From Oopsacas minuta (lineage: Eukaryota; Animalia; Porifera): a stretch of 64,000 nucleotides of DNA. Shown here one piece after another: positions 24,959-35,614 of the stretch (position 1 is its first letter; each line of letters starts with the position of its first letter). A model generated the notes under the pieces. The model made no database searches. It was not told the DNA's origin and worked only from the letters and a program-made list of their open reading frames with translations. The DNA lies in assembly GCA_024704765.1 (NCBI GenBank), contig JAKMXF010000321.1:620001-684000 (forward strand). Reading direction: 5' to 3'. Both the position numbers and the translations under genes were made by a program.

Positions 24959-25773
24959 GAGATGTAAACTTCCCTCCTTGTGTTACCCTTGTAGAGGTGT
25001 TGTATATTATTGTTGCTCTTTTTAGTTATATGTGCTACATTTTGTAATTATCAATAAACAGTGTGTGATATCTATTAATTTACAATTAGGTTATAACAGT
25101 TTGCAGTTAACTCTGTTTAATTTGTGAAGTTATGCGGATGATCCATACCCATATATAGGCAAAGAGATAATACAAAACAGTTTGTATAAACTTGAATATT
25201 ATCAGGCTAGGCTCGATCCCAGCTTGAGGCTTCTCATACTCTATAAATCGAATAATTTATGAGGCGAAAATTATTATTTAATTGCTTTTGTATATGTATA
25301 ACCTCGTTATCGCCTATCACATAATTTACATACCATTATAAACCTAATACATTTTCATGAGCAAATTTTAAAAGTTCACAAGTGTTACAAATTGTCACAT
25401 CAAAATCATATCCCGAGGTGAAATCTGCCGGCCACTTTAAAGCCTTCGACAATTTCCAGCTCTTAATCTATAAAACGGCGTGGGCTGTAGAGCGAAGACA
25501 GAAAAATACACAATAAACAAATATACAAAAGGCACTTAGGTCTATGTACTGAGTATTTCCCTGTAGTATGTCGACACAGCAATAAATTCTTTTACAAGTG
25601 AAGTTCACGAAAATTGTACATTTACCCTTGATAAGGCTTCCAGCATGTGTAACATATATTATTATGTACATATTCGTCTCCAGTAGAATTGGATACACAC
25701 TTCCCAAAATATGTATAACCTTTCGGACCCGTTCGGATTATCGAGGTCTGTCTCCACTGTATCTATATACACG

Positions 25774-26394
25774 TTAGGGTGTCCCAAAAAAATCGAAATT
25801 TTGAAAGTTTATGGGGGACCCCCTAAGAAGTTTCTGTGTCATAAAATGATTGTGGAAAAAATTCAGGTATTTATGAAGTGATTTAGGGTCCCTCACAATG
25901 GCTTTGTAAATTATATTTTACACCTGTTTTTTAACAATTTCAAAATTTAATTTTTTGCTAGAAACTTGCTTTAAAATGCTAACCCGGGTGAATCGACGAT
26001 GCAGATTTCAGATTTACCATCAGAAATTTGTTACTCCAACTATGTCTGAGCTAAATTTCATTTAATCTATTAATAATATACAATGAATTACAAAATATTT
26101 TACTTCTTGAAAAAAATATATAAATTGTACAGATAACAAATTTCTGATGGTAAATCTGAAATCTGCATCGTCGATTCACCCGGGTTAGCATTTTAAAGCA
26201 AGTTTCTAGCAAAAAATTAAATTTTGAAATTGTTAAAAAACAGGTGTAAAATATAATTTACAAAGCCATTGTGAGGGACCCTAAATCACTTCATAAATAC
26301 CTGAATTTTTTCCACAATCATTTTATGACATAGAAACTTCTTAGGGGGTCCCCCATAAACCTTTCAAAAATTCGATTTTTTTGGGACACCCTAA
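25774..26394. mobile_element. Foldback element / long-TIR MITE: ~260-bp arms (25774-26033 / 26134-26394), 100-bp spacer
   Basis: TTAGGGTGTCCCAAAAAAATCGAA ... TTCGATTTTTTTGGGACACCCTAA, near-perfect arms. A TA TSD is possible; superfamily unresolved. Confidence 0.85.
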
Positions 26395-26644
26395 TACGTA
26401 GGTATGGATCCTCCCGAAACTGTCCCGATTAAGCAGAGTTTACTACAACCAGTTGGAACCTAATCTCTACACACAATCAGGCACGAGCCAAAGCCCCTTG
26501 GAACTATAACTTAAATAATTGTAGTCTATAGATATCACACACTGTTTATTGATAATTACAAAATGTAGCATATATAACTAAAAAGAGCAACAATAATATA
26601 CAACACCTCTACAAGGGTAACACAAGGAGGGAAGTTTACATCTC

Positions 26645-27181
26645 TTAAATAAGATAATAGTTAAACACTACATAACCATAGCCGTTAGTCAGGAAAATAT
26701 AATTATAATGGTAACCTGGCGTAAGACTTAAATAACCTACTGGAGTCATTACGTCATCCCAGTAAAAGAAATCCTCATCAAACACTTGAATTCTGACTTC
26801 GCTCCAATAGTTTGTACCAAAATTGAACACTTCATACCAAGCTGGATTCACAGTACCCTGTACGTAACTAGTTTGCCCTATGTATAGATTACCCCACCTA
26901 TCGTATGCATTTAATACTACATATGGATCTGGTAAGTTTCCCGGCCCGTCAGTATCCGACAAACCGACAGCATACTTTATATAGATTATTAAGTAACCAT
27001 ATACTATTGGGCCTTGAAGTCCATTCGTGCTCGAGTTAGATCCACTTCCTTGAGTCTCTCTTTTCTGTACACTTTCTTGTTCGTGAGATCTGGAAACTTC
27101 TCTTTCCACAGTTAAAGTTGCAGCAGTAGTAACACTGATACCAACTATCATCATAGTTAGTATTAATATTTTTGCGATCAT
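26645..27181 (-). CDS. Secreted C2-domain protein, type B' (6 aa differ from B)
   Basis: Reverse complement matches 24422-24958 except for 7 nt. Confidence 0.85.
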   Translation of the reverse strand: MIAKILILTMMIVGISVTTAATLTVEREVSRSHEQESVQKRETQGSGSNSSTNGLQGPIVYGYLIIYIKYAVGLSDTDGPGNLPDPYVVLNAYDRWGNLYIGQTSYVQGTVNPAWYEVFNFGTNYWSEVRIQVFDEDFFYWDDVMTPVGYLSLTPGYHYNYIFLTNGYGYVVFNYYLI

Positions 27182-28379
27182 AGTTACCTTGAGTCTGAGT
27201 TTGATATTATTCTTTATGAAGATATAAATTGAAACATTCTTATATACTTGAACACGACAAATTACAAAAAGTCCGCTTTCCCATCATATCCCAATACTGT
27301 TACATGCTTCTGAAATATATCCATAAGTATTTCCATTACTATCACAGTAAAAGCAGAGTGCAAGTCATAACACAATCAAATATAATTTATCATTTCTTAC
27401 ATAAACTTACAGTTGTCGAGTGTAAGCTATCGTGTCGTATGGTATTTTGTCATAATTATTTTTGTATGTTAAAGCTAGGGTTGTTCAGTTATAATTATTA
27501 ACCTTACTTGTTGTTTCCTTCAAACCTGTGCTCCAATTAGTTATGATCTAGTCATGTATTGTACTTTACTCTCATATTAAGATCCTAATCAAGATCCATT
27601 TACGTATTGAGGGTCGTTTATTACCCGAATTATCTTACACTTCTGATAAAATTGTGCAATTTTTAAGCAATAGGAGATGACATAATCTGATTGCACTAAC
27701 ACAGATTAATCAACTTGCTCTTACTTTGATAGAATTTGAAATACTTATAGAGCAGGCACTTTTTCTATCAAAGTAAGAGCAAGTTGATTAATCTGTGTTA
27801 GTGCAATCAGATTATGTCATCTCCTATTGCTTAAAAATTGCACAATTTTATCAGAAGTGTAAGATAATTCGGGTAATAAACGACCCTCAATACGTAAATG
27901 GATCTTGATTAGGATCTTAATATGAGAGTAAAGTACAATACATGACTAGATCATAACTAATTGGAGCACAGGTTTGAAGGAAACAACAAGTAAGGTTAAT
28001 AATTATAACTGAACAACCCTAGCTTTAACATACAAAAATAATTATGACAAAATACCATACGACACGATAGCTTACACTCGACAACTGTAAGTTTATGTAA
28101 GAAATGATAAATTATATTTGATTGTGTTATGACTTGCACTCTGCTTTTACTGTGATAGTAATGGAAATACTTATGGATATATTTCAGAAGCATGTAACAG
28201 TATTGGGATATGATGGGAAAGCGGACTTTTTGTAATTTGTCGTGTTCAAGTATATAAGAATGTTTCAATTTATATCTTCATAAAGAATAATACCAAACTC
28301 AGACTCAAGGTAACTATGATCGCAAAAGTATTAATACTAACTATGATGATAGTTGGTATCAGTGTTACTACTGCTTCAA
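27118..28379. repeat. 617-bp-arm palindrome (27118-27734 / 27763-28379), 28-nt loop; promoter type 2 shared by B' and A'
   Basis: Coordinate sum 55497. The inner ~530 bp is perfect by eye; 3 mismatches lie in the outer part. Confidence 0.95.
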
Positions 28380-28807
28380 TTGGGAAAGATGAAACTGAAG
28401 GAATTAAAATACCTCAAAACTCTACCAAAGATGGACAAACATTCTCGCCAGTAAACGGAAAGTTAAAGATCTATGTGAAGTATGCGAGAGAATTAAGGGA
28501 CACTGACGGACCATTTAACTTACCAGATCCATATGTGGTAGTAGATGCATACGATACACGGTTACATAAAAATACTCGCAAAACTATAACCATAAACGAA
28601 ACTCTGAATCCCGACTGGAATGAATGGCTGGAATTCGGCAAGGAAGATTGGCTAGAATTCAGGATTCAACTATTGGATGCAGATAAGTACTGGGATGATG
28701 AAATGATGCCACCTGATACAGTTAGCATATGTCAAGGTAACCATAAGGACCAGACTTACAGTAGTGAAGATAATGGCTATTTGATGTATGACTATATCCT
28801 TGAATAA
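28316..28807 (+). CDS. Secreted C2-domain protein, type A' (1 aa differs from A)
   Basis: Matches the reverse complement of 22498-22989 except for 5 nt. Confidence 0.85.
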   Translation: MIAKVLILTMMIVGISVTTASIGKDETEGIKIPQNSTKDGQTFSPVNGKLKIYVKYARELRDTDGPFNLPDPYVVVDAYDTRLHKNTRKTITINETLNPDWNEWLEFGKEDWLEFRIQLLDADKYWDDEMMPPDTVSICQGNHKDQTYSSEDNGYLMYDYILE

Positions 28808-28987
28808 TATACATAAGTAAATATACCCTCTTGTGTTACCCTTGATGAGGTGTTGTATATTATTGTTGCTCTTTTTAGTTGTGTATGCTATATTTGTTAT
28901 TATCAATAAAAGTGTGTGATTAGTAGAAAAGTAATTGATTTGGTCTCACATGAAATTATGACAGGATTCCCTTGTTCTATACATGTA

Positions 28988-29208
28988 CGGTGGAACCTCC
29001 GTAATCTGACACCTCTGTAATGCGGAATTTCCCTAAGCCAACATGATTTCTGTTCACGTACTTTGTATAGAAAACAACGTCAATAATCCGGAACCTCGCT
29101 ATTCCGGAATCCGACAATTCAACGATAATCGAGTAAGATCAATTCTACCTCTATAATTCGACATTTTGTTCGTCTCCCATTAAGTGTCGGATTATTGAAG
29201 TTCCACAG
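28988..29208. mobile_element. Tc1/mariner-type MITE with TA TSD
   Basis: TA-CGGTGGAACCTCCGTAATCTGACAC ... GTGTCGGATTATTGAAGTTCCACAG-TA. Confidence 0.7.
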
Positions 29209-29396
29209 TAACTTTCAAAAACTAGATCCTATTGTATTGGTTCTATGCATTCCGCAAATCCTTGACCTACGTAATCACGGATCATATAATTCTCTTTTCT
29301 ATGTATGTCATTTATGTGACTGTTGCATACAATATATACCTTAAAAGGAATTGATTTTATATTGTATATATTTTTAATATATTTTAGCCACTAGAT

Positions 29397-31203
29397 ATGC
29401 CATACTATGTAGAAGAGAGAGGTAGAATAGCAATACTACATTTTAACGAGGGAGAGAATAGACTTAATTACTACAGTGTAAAGAGTATATTGAAGTGTTT
29501 AGATGAGATAGAAGCTAACCTAGACTTCACTGCTATGATTACGTTAGGGCATGACAAGTACTTTACTCTAGGATTAGATTTAGATTGGATCGGTAAGTTT
29601 CCTTCCCTTAATTGTTAATTATTTGCAATTATTAACACCTACACTGTACAGTCAATTCCATTTACTTATATCGATTATCGAACACAGATTTATCGAATAC
29701 CCGGTTAAATAGAATTCTGAAATTATACAGTCAACTACCGCCACATTGAAGCTCAAAAGACCGCAATAATTAGTTCGATATAAGCGGAGTTGAGTAATAT
29801 TAATTTATATTACTCAACTCCGCTTATATCGAACTCCGCGTCATAGTAGGACTGTATCACGATAAATTCCAAAGATTTATTATAAGCAGGAATTTATATT
29901 TGGTTTCAACTATACGTTCTTACATTATTGGTCGATAAGAATTAACCTACAAATGTTCTTATAATGCAATTCCATTCCCTGAAGTGAGTTCCAAATGAAA
30001 AATGATCTTTCTGTAAAACAAATATAATCTTCCTCTATATTTTACATTCATAATTTAACAAAGCTGTAATTCACAATATGCAACTGGAAAGTTAAAACTG
30101 TTTAACATCGAACCCGATTCCTACTCTTGGTTATATTGCTTATATTGATGTAATTATTGTGGTCCTTTGAGCTTCGATATAACAGGAAGTGACTATAATA
30201 TTATATATTTACCAAACAAAGTTCTTATGTATTATTCGTTTTGCTAAAATATGTTTGTTAGCCAATTCTATGGATACTTTTCAATTACTTATTACTTATT
30301 CAGGAATTATTATATACCTGACCCTGTGTAGGAGAAAACATGTCTACAAACTTTCACCTAACACAACAATTTACACAAGATCTCAGCACTCTATACTACA
30401 GACTTATTACATTTCCTATTCCTACGATAGCAGCTATAAACGGACACGCGTATGGAGCAGGTACCTTCATTGCTCTATGCCACGATATGTTAATAATGAG
30501 AGAAGATCGTGGGTACTTCTGCCTGCCTGAAGCTAAGTTAACTCTACCTTTTAGGAGTGAAATGACTCGTGTATTAGTCCGTAAGAGAATTCCTCTTAGC
30601 ATACAATCTACTGCTTTACTGTCTTTTCCATTCTCTGCTGCAGATGCATTGAAGTTCGTTATAGTATTCTTATCTGTTTTTGACTAATTTCTAAAGTACT
30701 AATCGCGGTAATTTGGTACAGTAAAACTCTGATAAGATATACACCTTGGGGAAACTAAAATGTCTAGGCAGTACTATCCGAGTGTACGTCTATTCCGATT
30801 AGGGATTGTATTATAATGAATGAGAACCAAATTTTAGTTTGAATAAAGTAGGCCGTATTTACCTAGTTCGCCGTAATTCAAGAGATATCAAATTGGATTT
30901 TTTGCAAAAATTTCTACATTTGCCCTTCCGTTCGAATACAATTGCTTTTACCTAATTATTCTTTACATTCTATATAGATACAGTATAATACACGCACATT
31001 GTCCTCTGTCTAAATTGCTAGATACATGTAGAGAGCAAGCAGAGAGATTAGCTGGTAGTAAGAAGGGATTAGATAGAGATAATCTTAAACGAATTAAACT
31101 GGGTGTATTCGATTGGGCAACTATAGCTTATTCTGAAGATCAAAAGGATCTATCAAATCCAAAGAAATCTTCATTCTCTGCTTATTCAAAGTCTAAACTA
31201 TAA
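29397..31203 (+). CDS. Peroxisomal enoyl-CoA hydratase/isomerase (crotonase family); exons 29397-29592, 30332-30653, 30978-31203
   Basis: FTLGLDL, FPIPTIAAINGHAYGAG..ALCHD..MREDRGYFCLPE; splice phases consistent; C-terminal PTS1 SKL. Confidence 0.85.
29649..30195. mobile_element. Cluster of Tc1/pogo-type MITE pieces in intron 1 of the crotonase gene
   Basis: Several TACAGTCAA.. starts and TTCGATATAA(G/C).. ends. Confidence 0.5.
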
Positions 31204-31666
31204 TTTAGATTTCATATGTATACATTGCTAGATATATTTTCGAATAAATATATTTTCTTAGTATTTGTCATTTTATTCAGGTTGTTCATTCTCATCTCTT
31301 TTGTTATATTTCTAATCAGTAATTATTATTATTAAGGTTAATGCGTTACGTAACATTTGAACGGTGCCTTACAGAATTGATTCAAATTTCTATGCAAACT
31401 ATATTTCAAAAAGCGCATAATATTCAAAAATTAGTTATAAAACAGTCTGGAAATCGGTAATTTGTCACCGAATTATTGTAATTAATTATCGGCTATTCTT
31501 GTACTCGAAAATAACACCAATTGTAGAATATATTTCTGATACTTTTTGTCTTGATTTGATTCCTCATGGCCTCATGAAAGAAATGGACAAAATAAGCAGA
31601 TTTCTGTAATTGTAATAGACTAAAGTCATCAGACATTATTGTTATAGATTTCTGTAGTAATTAATT

Positions 31667-32263
31667 ATGGCAGAATTTCTGACAGAAGAAGATATCCATC
31701 AATTCCGTATTCACTTCGATCACCTGGACACTGACCAGGACGGTATTTTGTCAATAGAAGAACTCACTGCTTTCTTCACCCAGGAGATGGGATCTCACCT
31801 CCTGGAGGAGGAACTACATGACATGATTATAGAGTTTGATGAGAATAAGAATGGAAAGATAGAATTTGAAGAATTCTTAGCCATGCAAGTAAATTACATA
31901 TCATACGTTACAGTAAATATAATTCTTATCTCTTTGTTATGAACTGTCACTGAAAATACCTTTTATAGCACTTTCCTACCGGTATTTTGGACCAATTTTC
32001 CAGTGACAGAAGTGTAATCTATATTTGATTAGGTTAAAAAGAATATGATGATAGGACAGGAAGAAGAGATCTGGAAAATATTTCAAGCATTTGACAGTGA
32101 CAAGAATGGATATATAAGTGCTCCTGAGCTAAGAAATGTAATGGCTACTCTAGGAGAGAATCTATCTGAAGAGGAAATAGCAGCAATGATAAGAGAAGCT
32201 GATATAGATGGAGATGGACATATCAACTATGAAGAGTTTGTTAGAGTTATGATGTTCTCATAA
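31667..32263 (+). CDS. Calmodulin-like protein, 4 EF-hands; exons 31667-31888, 32033-32263
   Basis: EF loops [36 protein letters not shown] and [12 protein letters not shown]; phase-0 GT-AG intron. Confidence 0.9.
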
Positions 32264-32801
32264 AAGATGTAATATGTATAATAATCAAAAATATGGTTTG
32301 TATCTATTTGCTGGATATGTGTTCATAATGCTTATGTTTAACATTTATATTTTAATAACAGAAATGGTAAAGTAAAGCGTATTGTAGTCCGTAATTCTTG
32401 CTACAGACTTAACATAGTATAACCTTATATGTCTATTGAAGTTTACTTCTATAAGTGGGGAAATCTATTACAGTATACATTTTCGGGAATAATTAATTTT
32501 TGTGCTCATTTTGGAATAAACACGTACTTATAGCTATTTTGAATTGAAAATTTTCAACCAATAATTAGTTCCTATTATAATAATCAAATATCATTGATAA
32601 ACAGTCATTGAAGGGAATGGCTATCCATATTGACTCCAGAATTTCTGGTTAAAGACATATATGAAAATATAAATGGAGAATGGGGTGTTATCAGGAGACT
32701 GACCGTCCTGACCTCCCTCACTTATAGAGGTTCTCCTGTACCAATGGAATGTATTCTGTCCTATCATAATTTTCTTCATTACATAGCATAATACGTATCA
32801 T

Positions 32802-33722
32802 ATGGCTAGCAAGCTCATAAGGGGTATAGTAGATATAGGTGTTAATTTAACAGACCCAGTATATCAGGGTGTATACTACAAGAGTAAACACCATCCTCCT
32901 GACCTGGATAGAGTCCTGGTACGAACTGAACAGTCCGGTATCACTCAGATGATAATTACAGGAGGTTGCCTTAGTGAATCTCGAGAAGCTTTAGAATTAG
33001 CTACAACAAGTAATATGTTGTATAGTACAGTAGGGTGTCATCCAACACGCTGTTTAGAATTTGAAACTTGTAAAGAAGGGCCTGCTGCTTATCTAGCTAG
33101 TCTCAGAGCTCTTGTGATGTCTAATAGAGAATCTGGTAAGATAGTAGCTGTAGGAGAGACTGGTCTAGATTTTGATCGTCTGAATTTCTGTCCGAAAGAA
33201 ATACAAATCAAACATTTTGAGCCTCAAATACTTCTATCCATAGAATTAGGTCTTCCTTTGTTTCTACATTGCAGGAATGCTTTCAATGAATTCCACGCGG
33301 TTATGAAGAAACATATAACCTCGTGTCACGGTGGTGTAGTACACTCGTTCACTGGGTCACTAGATGAGGCTATAGCATTCACAGATATGGGGCTATATAT
33401 TGGAATAAATGGATGTTCTCTTAAGACTGAAGATAATATTAAAGTTGTATCAGGAATACCTCTTGATAAAATGATGGTAGAGACAGACGCTCCTTGGTGT
33501 GAGATTAGACAGACACACGCTAGTTACAAGTTTATTAAAACTCAATTCCCAGCTGTTAAGAAGGAGAAATGGAGTGGTGATAAAATGGTGAAATCTAGAA
33601 ATGAACCATGTAAGATTTCGCAGGTTTTAGAAGTAATCGCGGCTATAAAGGGATGTCCTATAGACTTAGTTATCGAGAAAACATACGAGAATACCAAAAA
33701 TATGTTCTTCCCAAAGTTATAA
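32802..33722 (+). CDS. TATDN1: TatD-family DNase
   Basis: DIGVNLTD, STVGCHPT, VGETGLDFDR, FLHCRNA, VVHSFTG, ETDAPWC and KSRNEP. Confidence 0.92.
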   Translation: MASKLIRGIVDIGVNLTDPVYQGVYYKSKHHPPDLDRVLVRTEQSGITQMIITGGCLSESREALELATTSNMLYSTVGCHPTRCLEFETCKEGPAAYLASLRALVMSNRESGKIVAVGETGLDFDRLNFCPKEIQIKHFEPQILLSIELGLPLFLHCRNAFNEFHAVMKKHITSCHGGVVHSFTGSLDEAIAFTDMGLYIGINGCSLKTEDNIKVVSGIPLDKMMVETDAPWCEIRQTHASYKFIKTQFPAVKKEKWSGDKMVKSRNEPCKISQVLEVIAAIKGCPIDLVIEKTYENTKNMFFPKL

Positions 33723-33901
33723 AAGCATATCAAAATTATAGTATTTATATGACTAATTCAAATTGGCGGAAATTAGCTGGAGTGAAAGTTGGGAGATTCG
33801 CTTTCCTTACTTGATAACTTTCCATTACCAAATTCCTCGTGACAAATTTACCGATTTAATATGTTTATTGTTTATGTTTGTTTAATTAGCTTAATTATGA
33901 G

Positions 33902-35113
33902 ATGGCAACATCTTTCTATGAAAGCTCAAATTATAAATCTCATTTTGATTCTACAATTGAAAAACTGCGAAATGAAATAAAAACACAAATTTATTCTCTC
34001 ATAGAATCTCTTAAAAAGCGAGAAATAGAATTATTAAGTGGGTTAGACGAGATAGTCAACACTCACAAATCAAAAAACAAAGAGTTACAACAAAAACTAG
34101 AAGAACTAACAGAATTGTATAAAGCGAATAAAAAGAACTTTGAATCTTCTGAATTACAATATTTACAGAAAAACTTTTTGGAGGAGATTGATAGAAAGAT
34201 AGAATCTACAACTCAACAGATTAGTAGCTCATCTTTCCCAGATTTTACATGGGATGATAAATTGTTAAGTCAAATAGAAACATTTGGGTCAATCAAATTG
34301 AAAACGAAAGAATCCATCAAATACACTGACAAAATAACCCCAATTGTGAGTGTATGTGAAAAAGGGAATGAAAAGGGGCACCTTAAGAGTCCTTGGGGAC
34401 TAGCGATTGACTACACATCTGGGAACATTTATATCTGTGATCAACAAAATAATAGAATACAGGTATTCGATTCTGGATGCAATTTCAAGAATATTTTTGA
34501 TATTTCTACAAGTTTACGTCAACCAATGGGTATTGCTATACATAAAGGTAATCTCTACGTATCCGAGGGATGCCAAGATGTACTAGTATTCGATTTACAA
34601 GGACAACTTCTAAAACGTCTTGAAAGACGGCACAGACCAGATTCGAAAGAATCTAGCATTTATGGAATTTCGGTACATGAAACTACGGGAGACGTTTTCA
34701 TATGTGATTTCAAAAATAATCGAGTTCAAGTTTATAGCGAGGAATTTAAACTCAAACATTTGCTTACTGGCTTCACTAAACCATGTTATGTAGAAGTTAC
34801 ACATACACACATAATCGTATTAGATAAAGGTAATCCTTGTCTGCATTGGTATGATTATGATTATGCATTTGTGAAGAGTCTCATTACTAGAGGGGGAGAT
34901 GGTCAAGTTGAAAATGTGGCTGCTTTCTGTTTAGATTTTGAGGGAAATATTCTTATGACTGATGACTATAGTATTTCTATATTTAACAAGCGAGGAGAGT
35001 TGATACATAAAATTAAGGATGATGTTACTTATCCAACTGGTATAAAACTTGATAGTAAAAATAGAATTATTATTCTATCATATCGGGATAAGAATTGTCT
35101 ACAGATGTTCTGA
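33902..35113 (+). CDS. Coiled-coil + NHL-repeat protein (no RING/B-box)
   Basis: Heptad N-terminus; PWGLAID..IYICDQQNNRIQVF and related repeats. Confidence 0.85.
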   Translation: MATSFYESSNYKSHFDSTIEKLRNEIKTQIYSLIESLKKREIELLSGLDEIVNTHKSKNKELQQKLEELTELYKANKKNFESSELQYLQKNFLEEIDRKIESTTQQISSSSFPDFTWDDKLLSQIETFGSIKLKTKESIKYTDKITPIVSVCEKGNEKGHLKSPWGLAIDYTSGNIYICDQQNNRIQVFDSGCNFKNIFDISTSLRQPMGIAIHKGNLYVSEGCQDVLVFDLQGQLLKRLERRHRPDSKESSIYGISVHETTGDVFICDFKNNRVQVYSEEFKLKHLLTGFTKPCYVEVTHTHIIVLDKGNPCLHWYDYDYAFVKSLITRGGDGQVENVAAFCLDFEGNILMTDDYSISIFNKRGELIHKIKDDVTYPTGIKLDSKNRIIILSYRDKNCLQMF

Positions 35114-35614
35114 GCTAGCTAGTAGTGCCTTCTGTCTGTGTGAAAATTGACATGATAGCTCTCCCATAATAATTGTAGAAAATTATTCAGTGATTTGAAT
35201 TTTGATTATGTATTTATCTTTTGTATGTACATCATTTTGTTTATCTATCTTTTGTATCTATATTTTGTTTGCAACACTTGCTTGCGCTGTGCCGCTTGTG
35301 AACACTTGGGACGTAGGAAGCATTATTGGTGCGGAGAACTCCACACCTTCTGTACCGGCTCCTACGGTCCTGACTTCATGTCAACGGAAGGCATCCAATT
35401 CATTTTAAGTTGGACCATGAATACGCATGCCAAATTTCAAGGTAGCTATAACCAGTTTCCCAACAACTCGCACAAACAAACAGCAAATATATTGAGATTT
35501 ATATACGTATGTGATATTATTGTTTTACTGTGCCGACTACTATAATACGCTACGTGCTACGTAGTGATTTGTACGTGTATTTACATTCCTACCTTTGTAT
35601 TAGTATAAAGAACA

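Larger units (their letters stand above)
22363..28942. repeat. Large inverted duplication: A(-) B(+) | B'(-) A'(+)
   Basis: A/A' arms pair with coordinate sum 51305 (22363<->28942). B/B' arms pair with sum 51603 (25075<->26528). Confidence 0.95.

Noticed and set aside
27229-28268. Two identical 90-aa ORFs (27229-27501 +, 27996-28268 -)
   Set aside because: Mirror products of the palindrome, in AT-rich promoter DNA antisense to the C2 genes.
35306-35372. Mini inverted repeat GGGACGTAGGA ... TCCTACGGTCCTG and ORFs 35195-35545
   Set aside because: Probably repeat debris; no TSD and no protein motifs.
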